In this document: positions 28,930-40,990 of the stretch, piece by piece
How the letters are laid out: the number at the start of each line of letters is the position of its first letter
Position numbering within the stretch: position 1 is the first letter of the stretch
Origin: Octopus vulgaris
Taxonomy: Eukaryota
Reading direction: 5' to 3'
Length of the DNA stretch: 64,000 nt
NCBI GenBank assembly: GCA_951406725.2
Contig: OX597821.1
Span: forward strand, 76,074,001-76,138,000
Notes under the pieces: model-generated
What the model saw: the letters and a program-made list of their open reading frames with translations, nothing else
The model's database searches: none
What the model was told of the DNA's origin: nothing
Position numbers and translations under genes: made by a program

Positions 28930-28930
<1 letters not shown>
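28388..28930. mobile_element. mariner-derived fold-back MITE made of two 3' ends
   Basis: TA-flanked TIRs (cgaggatgagtcaaaa / ttttgactcacactcg); about 200-bp inverted arms; minus strand encodes PPYPPDLAPSDYHLFGPMK...RKWNIAIERNGDYVEK* (mariner YSPDLAP-D region and C-terminus). Confidence 0.9.
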
Positions 28931-28970
<40 letters not shown>

Positions 28971-29280
28971 CATAAAATTTGTCGCAATAACCATCTTTCA
29001 TTTCCTTTAACTTAATAATGGCTTTATCCTTCCAATAACAACAAAAAACATATTCGACTTCGATATTGTCTGTTGATAATTGGTAATTCTGAAAATCTTC
29101 CAATGGGGAAAAAACTATAATGCTAAATACACAATGGTTCGGTAACGCATTCATTTTCTTTTTTGAATTTATAATTAATTTGCGTATTCCTAACGTCTAT
29201 GACAAAAAGTATGTATTTCGATGTGAATCACAAAATATATTGAGCGTACTAGGTATGTGTGTGTATATATATATATATAT

Positions 29281-29340
<60 letters not shown>

Positions 29341-29344
<4 letters not shown>

Positions 29345-29525
29345 GAGAATTCACGAAAAAAGCAAAAGAAGAATACAGGTGGTGTAGAAAACAAACAGAT
29401 GTATTAGTACCACGCTCGGGAATTGAAAAAGCCTTTAACGTTTCGAGCCTACGCTCTTCCACAGAAAGGAACACAGAAAAAAAGAAGCAAGGAGAGAAAA
29501 AAATGTGTGTATTGGCTACCGATAA
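29341..29525 (-). mobile_element. pLTR-like repeat with hammerhead variant, next to (TA)n
   Basis: Homologous to 47896-48070; both end ...aattc(t)cccc-(TA)n on the minus strand. Confidence 0.75.
29432..29469 (-). ncRNA. minimal hammerhead-like motif with U at core position 6
   Basis: CCTTT CTGTGGA A GAGC gtag GCTC GAAA CG TT^AAAGG; perfect 5-bp stem I and 4-bp stem II. Confidence 0.65.
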
Positions 29526-29616
29526 TTTGTCCTCGTTTCCGATTCTCCATTTAACGTTTATATATATATATATATATATATAAATTCGCCAAATGGAGAA
29601 TCATGTATATCATATA

Positions 29617-29659
<43 letters not shown>

Positions 29660-31125
29660 TGTGTGTATGTAAATATATATATATATACATATATGTGTGT
29701 ATGTACGTGCTTGTGTATGTTATGTACATATACATATGTAGATATGTACACTCGCACGTGCTCATGCACATACACACACACACATTTATACATGCATACA
29801 TAATACATACATACATCTACAATCAGATAGATAGATAGACAGATATCATTTTAGCAAGTTTAAAGTGATTTTTTCTTTTGTGCCGTAAGCTATTTACTAT
29901 TTTTGTGGTGCCTTCATCTTCTCTTGACACCCTAAGCATGTACTTATATTGCTTAATGGTTAATCCATCGCTGGTCACCATTAACTTTTATCCATTCAAC
30001 CACCAATCCGCTTCTTTGCGATGCTGGCAGCAGTGACTGCTTTTCTTTGTCATATTTTGAATAAAGTGTTTCTTACGTATAAACAGGAATTTCTCAGTAT
30101 GCTTCGATTTATTATTACGTCAATTTCGAAGAAGCTTCTTGCTTAAGGTTGAGGAAATTTATAGTGATAATGTTGGGAGTTCATGGTATTTTTTCCAGAC
30201 AGCGTTGGATTGTACTGTGAAGAAAAACTAGAAAAATGAAACTATGCTGGTGTCCCAACGTGAGGAGATCATTGCTATATACGACTGACGATTCTGATTT
30301 TGACACAAAGACAAATATTTCGCGTCGAGGATTGTGTACAATAAATCTAGTTCACTAATTGATTTTATCGCGTAACTGGTAATACTAATGACCAGGAATT
30401 AGTGTAAACACTTCCACGCAGTTTACCGATTCCTCGCCTCTACAGGATTCAATTTATAGAAATTAATGACGTCTTTCAAATGTTTTTCTTTCCACGAGCC
30501 TCTGCCACCTCTTTTGCTTTTTAAATTCGTAATAGCTTGTTGACTTTCGACCTTCTAAATTAAGCTGGTAATTGTTCTCAAGACTGATTGCAATATAAAG
30601 TGGAACATTTCACATTTTTTTATTCTCGTGCTCTATTTGTAGGTCGATCGTTTCTAATAGCATATCAAAGTGTGTGTGTGAGAAAGATTCAGTGGCTTCG
30701 TAAAGAGACGGGTACTTTCAGCAATCTATAATGGGCCCTTCTTACAGTGTAAGATAACGGAATAAGAGAGATAGAAAGACAGAGGGGGAGAAAGGGAAGA
30801 AGAAACGAACAGTGACAGTCAAACAAATAAACAGTGTCGGCTACAGTACTTGAACGACGCGATAGGATGGAAAGCAAAGTTTCTTGGGCGAGATTTGACT
30901 ACAGAGTGGCGTTTTAAAGACGGAACGAATACCACAAACGACTTGTTTGATACTCTGACGACTCTCTTAATCCAAGCTGTATTATTCGATTCTCTGTCTG
31001 AAGAATTTCTAAGAGGTGATATCTCAGATGTTTCTCCTACATGTACAATTTTGTAACTCCAATTTGCAAATGATAAACATGTTATGCTGAATAAACTACA
31101 CCAAAAACTTTTCCAATCTCTTGTT

Positions 31126-31177
<52 letters not shown>

Positions 31178-31309
31178 ATGTACTCCCTGCATCGCAGACG
31201 AAGTACGAGCGTTCTGCTTTTGCCGAACGACGTTATCTCAATTGGTGTGACACTTGATAAGTGTCGAAGTGGTCACAGAGCAACGTGAGATGAAGTGCCT
31301 TTATATAAT

Positions 31310-33000
31310 CTCTGTCCGGTTAAAATCTTCCTTTGTGCGTGTGTGCTTGAGTGGATTGTTCTTTAGGATTTCGGAAGGGTTGTCATGAAGAGGTGTTTTG
31401 GAGAAATATTTATTCATTAAATTTGGTGTGATGTCTATAATTTATCCATGTATGTAGAACTTTGTAAGCTAGTGTGTATTTCTAGGTGTTTCCCATTTGT
31501 TAAGTTTATACAGGCTATGCCAGCAGTTTATCTTTTTTTTTAGGTGGGTATTGGATTTAATCCTTTATTTTGAGACTGTAAATGGCAATGGTGGGAATCC
31601 AGTATTCAAAACCTTAATAACTGAGTGCATAAACTTTCCTCTAATAGAATTTTTTAGTTCACAAAAGAATATAAGCATTTGGTATGTTTTAGCTGGTCAG
31701 TTGTTTACTTGTTGATGTTATGTTGGGTATTTCCTGTTTGTATTTGGAAGGTGAGGGTTATTAGTCAGGCATGTCATGCTTATTATAGAAATTTCTTAGT
31801 CTAGAAATCATCTTGTGCTTTGATGATCACAAAGGATTTGGTTATATGTAGAGGTTGTTGGTCTGTATATTTTTCTACAGGTGTCCATTGTTATATAATC
31901 AATTTAATTAATATTTAGAGATTTTAAACATTGTGCTTCAGGGACGAAAAGCTTATGGACCGCGTGTTTATAAACATTTCTTCAATTCTGTTGCAATAGC
32001 ATGTATTTTATAATGTATTATTTCAGGCCTCTCGATAAATACGATAGTGGGGACATTATAAAGAGGGGGTGTATATTCATGTATAAAATTGGGATGAATA
32101 AAAATGAAAAAAAAAAAAATATATGTAATCCTTTCACCAAAGACACAAGGCTCGAAATATTGGGTGGGGGCTCGTCGATTATATCCACCGCAGTACATAA
32201 CTGGTTCTTATTTCATCAACCCCGAAAGGCAAAGTCGACCTCAGCGGAATTTGAACTCAGAACGTAACGACAGACGAAATACCGCTAAGCATTTCGTCCA
32301 GCGCGGTAACGATTCTGCTGGCTAATCATTTATAAATTAAAAATTTAAAAGCTCAAAATTCAAAAAGAAAAGAAAGAAAGAAATTTTAAAGGATTATAAA
32401 AGAAAAGTGTCTTCCAGCTTTTCTTGCATAGAAATACATTATTTTAATGCACGTTTGGGTAGGTGTCAGAAAATTGCCTATGATGATTATGGTTGGTGAA
32501 AGGGAGATTTTTAGATAATTTCTACAGAATTGTATAGTATAAAGCTACGGAAGTGTTTTTTAATGCATATTTTGTAGGGAAGTTATGGTGTAAATGGAGG
32601 TGGGTGGTGAGATATCATAATGTTTAATCGCTAGAAAAGATTATTGATTTGAAATGCTTTAGTGTTTTTAAGATGTTGTGCTTTCATGAAGAGACTAGTT
32701 CAGCGTTTCATTTCAGAATTAGATCCATAAATATTAGAATGTTCTAGGATTCATTAGTACAAAGTTGGCAGTGGTTGGTGTTACCGTGATTTGATTGTAT
32801 GTGTGTGAGAGTATTTTACAACTGATCTAAACGGAGAATTGTTTTTAAAATTATAATTGCCAAGTTTAGATAGAGACGGAGCCAAGCATGTGGGTCGCGA
32901 AACGTGTGCGTGAGTTGGTTGTATCGTGTCTTAAATGAGTTCTTTGTAGATCCTATACATGTAGATATAGTAGTTGGTGTCGTGTTTCTGCCTATTGTCC
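31310..33000 (-). pseudogene. possible very old retroelement (Penelope-like?) remnant
   Basis: Strand skew like the intact element (G/T-rich plus strand) and only faint motif remnants; interrupted by a SINE B. Confidence 0.25.
32140..32322 (-). mobile_element. SINE family B
   Basis: ggcaaagtcgacctcagcggaatttgaactcagaacg. Confidence 0.85.
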
Positions 33001-33597
33001 TACTATATACGATAGTCCTTGAGTGACAGTTTATTTCTAGAGGCTAGAGGAAAATGTTCTACGACTGAAATTGCTGTTTTGCGCGTTCATTTTCGAACTA
33101 CTTTTGACGGTTGTTATTAGTTCGTTTTTCTAAAGTTGTTGGTGGTGGAGAATGACGATTTTCCGTTGGGTTTGTTTCTTAGTTTTTGTAGTACTTGTGT
33201 TTGGGGTGAAGTCTTGTATGTTAAAAAGGGGGTTGAAACCAGTGGATTTTCCTTTAACTATTTTTATTTATTCTGTTTATTGTGTGAAGTTTGTTGTTTA
33301 TTTATTGCACTTTTCCCTTGTATCTACTATTATTGTATGCTTCGATATATGGAGTTTAGTATTTTTTCGTTTAAAGACTCTTATTTGTAGTAACATTCTC
33401 TCTGCATAGAACTAATACCAGATTATTTCTTATAGAAGACTACAGACTGAATTGAATCCAGCTCAGTGCATTACTGGTGGTAACAGAACGAACGGGAAAG
33501 TTTTTCTTGATCTGTAAGAAATATGATCCGAATTTCCCTCAAAGCTCATACTATAGGCCTCTTTAATACATATATATATATATATATATATATATCC

Positions 33598-33799
33598 TTT
33601 CTACTGTAGGCACAAGGCCTGAAATTTTGTGGGGAGGGGATTAATCGATTACATCGACTCCAATGCGTAACTGGTACTTAGTTTATCGACCCCGAAAGGT
33701 TGAAAGGCAAAGTCGACCTCGGCGGAATTTGAACTCAGAACGTAGCGACGGGCGAAATACCACTAAGCAGTTCGCCCGGCGTGCTAATGATTCTGCCAA
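33598..33799 (-). mobile_element. SINE family B
   Basis: Same core and tail as 14893-15100. Confidence 0.9.
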
Positions 33800-33830
33800 C
33801 ATACATACATACATACATATATATATATAT

Positions 33831-34281
33831 ATCAACAATAAAGGAACGGCCATAATAGGCCATTCACCCACTAGAAATAACAGCCAAAGCTTCAACCGCA
33901 AATAAAAGTTAATTCAGTAAACCAGGAGAAAATTTAAAAAACATTTACCCTGTAAATTTTTTAAATTTTTAAATTTTTAAATTTTTAAATTTTTAAATTC
34001 TTAAATTTTTTAAATTTTTTAAATTTTTAAATTTTTAAATTTTTAAATTTTTTAAATTTTTTAAATTTTTTAAATTTTCTCCTGGTTTACTGAATTAACT
34101 TTTATTTGCGGTTGAAGCTTTGGCTGTTATTTCTAGTGGGTGAATGGCCTATTATGGCCGTTCCTTTATTGTTGATGTTGAACTTAAAAATGGTCTATGA
34201 CTATTTTAATTTTTTCCTACTAGGCCGCTGGTGGCAAAAGAATTCTACAAAATTTTTTTTGCCACCCTATATTGATTAATT
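33831..34281. mobile_element. inverted-repeat non-autonomous element between TA tracts
   Basis: 111-bp perfect inverted arms 33831-33941 / 34066-34176 around an (AAATTTTT)n-type tandem; unique tail homologous to 60260-60365. Confidence 0.85.
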
Positions 34282-34398
34282 ATATATATATATATATATA
34301 TATAAGTAAGGAAAAACATTTTTTTTTAAATGCAGAATGCTCAAATGAAAGAAAATTTTAATAAAATGAGAAATTGATAAAATATATAAATATATATT

Positions 34399-34439
34399 TA
34401 TTCAACCGGTTTTCGTCATTGTATGACTTGTCAAGAATA
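34399..34439 (-). ncRNA. hammerhead-like motif in the Penelope 3' tail (U3-A8 variant)
   Basis: TATTC TTGACAA GTCAT aca ATGAC GAAA ACCGGT T^GAATA; one extra A after GAA. Confidence 0.6.
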
Positions 34440-35068
34440 TTTATGTTTTAAAAAGTTTTTTTAAAAATTAGAAAGGGGAAAAAAAGAAAATTGCATTGTT
34501 TTTTGTAAAAGAATAATGATAAAAATGTACAAAAATTAAAAAATAAGTTCTCCGATACATTGTGAGTTCGTTGTGTATCTTGAGTTTTATGGTTGTTTAC
34601 GAAAAAATTACCTTGAGGTGTTAAGATCCAAAGGGATTAAGAGCATGTGTTGTGTTGTTAAATTCAGCATGTTTGCAGGACAGGAAGTAGTAGTAATTGT
34701 GGTCCTGGTTCTTCAGTTCCTGTGTTGTGAGTAAGGGGAGACAACTCTTTTGAGTTCTTCAATAAAACCCAAATTATAAAATTATCATTTTCAGCTTCAT
34801 TTGCGTTATCTTTTTTATATAATTGCTTGTTAACTTAACTTTCAGATTTTAACACTTTATTTATATTATTTTCTAATTATATAAATCTGCATAGACAATT
34901 GCATTTCAAATTGTCATATCATTTATAATAAAAATGATAGTAATAACAACAATAGTAAAAATGATATTTAAAGAATATAGGTTTTAGCTTGAAGTGATGA
35001 ATGCATGGTATCTTTATATATTTGTGTTAGTCCATCCATGAAGAGTGAGGTAGAGAAAGGAAGTTTGA

Positions 35069-36898
35069 TCAACGAGGAGTTTGCATATTAAGTTGTGTTT
35101 GGAATTTTTCAATAAAGAGATTCTCCTTGTTAATTCTCTCCTGTGTGGTGATCCCGTCTTTACATTGGTAGAAGGGGAATATATAGAATTTGGGGTTTAA
35201 GTCTTTAGCACATGAGTCTAAGTGGTCACTCAGTGGAATTTGTCGGTATTCCGGGAGATTTATTTGTTCTTTATGCACCGTTACTCGTTTACGTAACGGG
35301 AGACTCGTTTGTCCAACATAATTATGTTGGCAACCCGCGCATGTGAGAACGTAGATAAGGTTCTCGGAGGAACAGGAGAAGTTAGTCTTGATTTTAAACT
35401 TCGTACCTTGTTTGAAGGTAAATTCAGAGCCTTCAAGTAGAAAGGGGCAGGTACCACAGTTTGAGCGTGCACATTTTTTTACTGTTGGGGGTGGATGTGG
35501 TGTGTGAAGTTTGGCATTTGTCAAGAGTTTTTTTAAAGATTTGTGTTGCCTTTTGCATTTGAGGATTTTGTGTGTATTTATAATGTTTTTCATTTTTGGG
35601 TCTGTTGACAGTAGACTGAGGTTTTGTATGATTGTGGTGTATGCTTCGATATTTTTGGGGTTGTGGGTGGAAATGTATGGAAGTATTTTGAGGTTGTGTG
35701 TGGTGTTAGGTTGGGTGGTTTTGAGTGTAGTGTTGTCTAGTTCTTTGGCACGTTTTATTCCATACTCTATAAGGGTGGAGGGATATTGACGTTGTAATAG
35801 TGTTTTTTTGAGGTCTTGAAGGCGTATTTCTCGTGTTTTTGGATCCGAGACAATGGTGCATACCCTTTTAGCTAAATTGAAAGGGATATTTGTCTTGGTG
35901 TGTTTTGGGTGGCATGAACTAAAGAGGAGGTATTGTTGTGAGTCTGTAGGTTTGTGGTAGATGTCTGTTATGATTTGGTTCTTAGGTGTTTTTATAATTA
36001 GGAGATCAAGGAATGGGAGATGATGTTTGCTTAATTCCATAGTGAATTGGATGTTGGGATGTATGTTGTTTAGTATGGTTTTGAATTCCAGGAGTTTTTC
36101 ATAAGGTTCTTTCCATATGATGAAACAATCATCTAAATACCTTTTCCAGTTTTCCATTAGGTAGGTGTGGAAAACATGTCCAAATTTCTGGCTTGATATT
36201 TCATAGAGTGACAGTTCGAAGTAACCCATTATGAGGTTCGCAAGGACTGGTGCAGCCTTGGTACCCATCGCAATGCCACATTTTTGACGGTAGTGTGTGT
36301 CGTCGAAGAGAAAAAAATTGTTTGTCAGAATGAACTTGAGAGATTCTGTAATAAAAGACTTGTTAATGCGGTCAGGGAATGTCTCTGGGTGTTTTTCTAG
36401 CCAGAAGTCAATTGCCTCTATACCATACTCATGTGGAATGTTGGTGTAGAGGTTGATGACATCAAAGGATACCAAGAGTGCCTCCTCGTTAACTGTTTTC
36501 GGGAGGTGTTTGAGCATGTCCAGATCATCCCTAATGAAACTTTTGATGTGGGTAAGGAAAGGTTTCAAAAGGATGTCTAGGAAGTTACTCAGGCGGTGTG
36601 TTTCACAGGAGGTACCAGCCACGATGGGCCTTAGTTTTAGGTCCTCCGGTGCTTTGATGTTGATGTGGATGTCAGTGGAGAGTTTGCAGGCTTCGGTGAT
36701 GTATTTGTTTTTATGGATTTTAGGAAGGCCATAAAAAAGGCTGGGCTTGCATTTGAAAATGGTGATATAATCCCTTTCTTTTTCTGTGAGTCCCTGACCG
36801 TGTTGGCGTATGAGTGTGGTGAGGTTTCTGATTGTTTTTTGCTGTTTGTAGTTGTTAATAACCTCATAGAAAATGTTATTGTTAAGCATGGAGAACAC
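35069..36898 (-). CDS. Penelope-like reverse transcriptase + GIY-YIG endonuclease (main frame)
   Basis: FYGLPKIHK, LRPIV, VSFDVINLYTNIP, GIAMGT, RYLDD, LPFLDL, TDIYHKPTD; linker CARSNCGTC; NLIYVLTCAGCQHNYVGQTS...RVTVH. Confidence 0.95.
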   Translation of the reverse strand: MFSMLNNNIFYEVINNYKQQKTIRNLTTLIRQHGQGLTEKERDYITIFKCKPSLFYGLPKIHKNKYITEACKLSTDIHINIKAPEDLKLRPIVAGTSCETHRLSNFLDILLKPFLTHIKSFIRDDLDMLKHLPKTVNEEALLVSFDVINLYTNIPHEYGIEAIDFWLEKHPETFPDRINKSFITESLKFILTNNFFLFDDTHYRQKCGIAMGTKAAPVLANLIMGYFELSLYEISSQKFGHVFHTYLMENWKRYLDDCFIIWKEPYEKLLEFKTILNNIHPNIQFTMELSKHHLPFLDLLIIKTPKNQIITDIYHKPTDSQQYLLFSSCHPKHTKTNIPFNLAKRVCTIVSDPKTREIRLQDLKKTLLQRQYPSTLIEYGIKRAKELDNTTLKTTQPNTTHNLKILPYISTHNPKNIEAYTTIIQNLSLLSTDPKMKNIINTHKILKCKRQHKSLKKLLTNAKLHTPHPPPTVKKCARSNCGTCPFLLEGSEFTFKQGTKFKIKTNFSCSSENLIYVLTCAGCQHNYVGQTSLPLRKRVTVHKEQINLPEYRQIPLSDHLDSCAKDLNPKFYIFPFYQCKDGITTQERINKENLFIEKFQTQLNMQTPR

Positions 36899-37330
36899 TA
36901 GGTGTTTATAAAATTCCGTGTCCTTAGGACCACAGTACTCCCTTTGTCCGCTTCTTTGATGGTGAGGTTTTTATCCAGTTGTATGTCACGTAGGTTTTCC
37001 CATTCTTCCTTACTGAAATTGGATTTTACCTTGGTTTTACTTGGGGTAAAGGGGAGACTCTGGATGTGTTTGCAGAAATCGTCCAGTGTTTTATTTCTCC
37101 CTTTTGGTGGTAGGAAGTTGCTTTTATTTCTGATCAATGAATCGTCCCCATTGTTGATATCTGTCAAAGCTTCTGTTAGGCGAAGTTTTCTGCAGAATTC
37201 AGAAACGTCATCCTTGACCTCCGGGGGTTGGGTGTTCTTGGGGTGGGTGTGAATTTCAAACCTCTTGCTAGGATGTTGATTTGGGTTGGTGTCAGTGTTT
37301 TGCTGGAGAGGTTTATAATTTTTGTTTTCT
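36898..37330 (-). pseudogene. frameshifted N-terminal part of the same Penelope ORF
   Basis: IINLSSKTLTPTQINILARGLKFTP, EFCRKLRL, KSNF, LTIKEADKGSTVV: typical PLE N-terminal motifs; frameshifts near 37245 and 36900. Confidence 0.85.
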
Positions 37331-37898
37331 TATTATGGGTCTGTGTTAGCGGTGGTGTTTGTATTTTTCCCCTCTGTCTAAAAAATGGTTGTTGAGGTAA
37401 GGGGTGTATTCTTTGTTAAAGTTCTGGTTGTATGTGTAGGTGTGTTTTGGGGTGGGGAGGTTGGAGGGGGGTAGGTAGTTGTCGTATTTGTGTTGGTATG
37501 GGATGCGATGGGTTTGTGGGTGTGTGTCTGGTAGATTGTATGGGGGGATGTAGGGGGGTATGTAGTTGTGGTGATTGGGTTCGTGTGGGATGTGAGGGTT
37601 TGGAGATCTGTAGGAGATGTGGTAGGAATGTGGTTGTTGGATGGGTGGACTATAGGGGGTTCGTTGGGTGGGTATTATATGTATCGGTGTGGGTAGGATG
37701 CCTTGTTTGTTATTAGTGTGAGGGAGGGGAGCCTTGAGGGGGGATAATTTCTAGTGTATGGGAGGTTCTTGAAGGTTCTAATAGGTGGGGGAGGGGTGTT
37801 AGAGTGATTGGAAAACCAGGTTTTGTGGTGGGTCTTGTTTGAGATGTTTCGGGGGGGGGAAACACGTGCGGTCAACACAACCCCACCATTTATTGATC

Positions 37899-37934
<36 letters not shown>

Positions 37935-39095
37935 GTGCATTTAGGATTACGTTTGCTAATATATATTAATATATATACATATATATATTTCTAAATTAGT
38001 TTGGTAGGAATATACAATTTAGTGGGGACCGTATTCACTTTTGCCAGTAAATAATGCTGGCTAACTTCCGTGAGAGTAGAAAAACTCAAGTTAGTTTATT
38101 TCACCATCTTCAGTAGATCTTCACATTGGTAAATCCATATGTTTCTCTAGAGACTGCATGTTGTCGGTAGAGAAGAAACGATAATATTATTATATATATA
38201 TATATATATATATATAACATAAGATACAAAGTAATATAACACTTATATGCGTGGATCTGCTGTATCAAGAAAACCAGTAGTTAGCAAACGTACACTAACT
38301 ACAAGTGGTCTAAATTTAGTAAATCTTAGAAGGATATGAAGAAAACATCAACTGGCAAAGCATAACTGTACGCGTTAAAGTGTTTATTCTGTTGTTGAAG
38401 TGCCATTTGTAACAACGTTGAAGTGCCATTTGTAACAACCTAGGAATTAATATATTACTAAATAGCTAAATTTTGTTAGTTTTTGGTGTTCTGTTATGGA
38501 GAAAATTTCTCTTGTCATTTTTGCCCTATTTTTGATTCCTCATAATTTTCTCGCTTCCAGCTTCACTCATCTCACGTACGACGTCGGTCACAATAGCGAT
38601 TCAGAGAAGATTAATTCCCACACGGTGTCTGCCAGCGGCTACCTGAATTCGTATTGACCATCAGGCTACACTGATGCTAATGCAGTTCGATGAACTTACC
38701 AAAGATTGAACATCATCAATTAGTATATAACAACAACAACAACAACAACAACAGCAACAATAGTAATAATAATAATAACAGGATCTGACTGATGTCACTA
38801 TCGATTGGATTGTTTTGTCTAATGAAATTATTGTTTTTATCTTTAAAATTAATTCTATCAACGATTTATTTTTCTATGTTACCAGATTCGACTTCCATTA
38901 GCCGTCGCTATCCCCTCTTTCTCTCTGTACCCTCACTCTCATTCTCTCTCTCTCTCTCTATCCCTTCCCCTCTCTCTCTCTCGCTCTCTGTCACTTACAC
39001 ACGTACACACACGCACACATACACATGCACGCACACAAAACACCTGAAGTTTCCTTCCTCAGAATTATCACCATCACATCCGCAAAATGATAATA

Positions 39096-39332
39096 TATAT
39101 TTCTTTATTGCCCACAAGGGGTTAAACATGAAGGGGACAAACAAGAACAGACAAAAGGAATAAGACGATTACATCGACCCCAGTGCGAAACTGGTACTTT
39201 ATTTATCGACTCCGAAAGGAAGAAAGGCAAAGTCGACATCGGCGGAATTCGAACTCACAACATAACAGGAGAAGAAATATCGCTAAGCATTTCGCCCGGC
39301 GCGCTAACGTTTCTGCCAGCTCGCCGCCTTAT
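39096..39332 (-). mobile_element. SINE family B subfamily with alternative 3' tail and 18-bp TSD
   Basis: TSD atccg(c/a)aaaatgataata at 39078-39095 and 39333-39350. Confidence 0.9.
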
Positions 39333-39748
39333 ATCCGAAAAATGATAATATAAACTTAGAACATGATATACCTGAAGGACTGGATTCCCAGGCTGGAGCA
39401 TTTGATTAAGGACGACTGACTTTTAAACAACATTCACAACATTTAACACCAGGAGAACTGCAAAACTGACAAAAGATTTGTTTGCTGACGGTGATAAATT
39501 CACGCCCTGCCCCAGGGATGGCGATCTGCGAGAGACTGGCACTTTAGCCCGGTGTGGAGAAATTGCTCTGCTTTTTTCCCGGATAGCTACGGATGTTATT
39601 CTGATAATTCTCAGTAGCTAGGAGCAGTGTGCGAGAAAAAGAATTATGAATAGTGAAACATAGTTGAGCATTAGAGAATTTCGTATTCATTGCGATATAT
39701 GTGTTAGTATGTATATATATATACATATATATATATATGAGTATGTAT

Positions 39749-39832
<84 letters not shown>

Positions 39833-40817
39833 GTATGTATGTATATATATATATATGTATATGGGTATGTATAGGCGCGTTCATAAGTATCTCTTCAAGC
39901 ATGTGCATGTATGTTAACAGAAGCACATATACAGTGTGCATATATTGAACTCTATGCACGTGCATATATTTTTATACAATGACTATGTTAATATGAACGT
40001 GCATGATTTTAAGATTTCTAGAAATTTCTCCATGAGTAGACACGTTGTATGAAGAATTGATTGTGGTGTTGGGAAGAATAAGGAAGTAAGAAAAAGAGAA
40101 TAATTGAATTTCAAAAGGCCAAGGTTGCAATTACACCAAATTGGTTCGAGTGAATTGGCTCGTACCGAGTGTTCCTTTAACAGTGTGAATCGATCGATAA
40201 TCGGTCACATGTTTTGTGATTTCACCCTAATGGGATCATTGAAGGCAAAGGGTTCATAAAAGCATGTAATACTTTTTCAGGGGAATTTAATTAGATGTGA
40301 ACATGGAACAATTTAAAGAACTGAAATATAAAGTTGAAAAGGCGTAATATATGGCCTGAAAAATTACTCTTATACAAAAAGAAAAAAAAATCATAAATTT
40401 CATTACCGTTGCTTTTCGTTTTCGCTCTTATTTTTTCTTTTTTCAATAATTATAAAAACGAAACAAAAAAGACAAAATTTAATGTTTTCATTTTATTTTA
40501 TGGAAGTGAAAAAGAAAGTGAAAAAATAGAAAATTTCATTTTCGCAGCATCAAGGAGACTCTCAAGACGGTTATCTCTCATAACTGAGATCAAAAATGCG
40601 TTGTTGTCTTATATAGAAAGCGCTTCACTCTCCCACAAAGTCTCGACTGGAAAATTTGACTGAAAAATTAGGGTTAAAATTAATGTTCAGAGAATACTAT
40701 AAGTCCTTTTGCGTAGACGTAACCCTTGAAGATACTGTCCCTGTTAATTATGCAGAGCGAGTTAAATGTGTTTAGAATCCTATAAGATCTATAAATACTC
40801 AATCGTGAGAAGTTGTA

Positions 40818-40990
40818 AGGCGACAAGCTGCCTGAACCGTTAGATCGCTAGGGAAAATGCTCAGCGGCATTTCGTACGTCTTCACGGTGTGAGTTCAATT
40901 TCCGCCGAGGTCGACTTGCCATTCGGGGGTTGATATTATGACTTTACCCCTCCCCCGAAATTGCTGGCCTTGCGCCAAAATTTGAAACAT
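40818..40990 (+). mobile_element. SINE family B, decayed
   Basis: aaggcgacaagctg...gagttcaatttccgccgaggtcgac. Confidence 0.75.

Larger units (their letters stand above)
34305..37897 (-). mobile_element. Penelope-like retroelement (Neptune-type), 5'-truncated, flanked by (TA)n
   Basis: RT + Cys-rich linker + C-terminal GIY-YIG; 3' non-coding tail with HHR-like motif; (TA)n at 34281-34303 and 37899-37920. Confidence 0.9.

Noticed and set aside
35069-35071. Selenocysteine read-through or Naiad-type PLE
   Set aside because: The endonuclease is C-terminal, the TGA follows a complete GIY-YIG domain, and there are no internal in-frame TGA codons in the 609-aa frame
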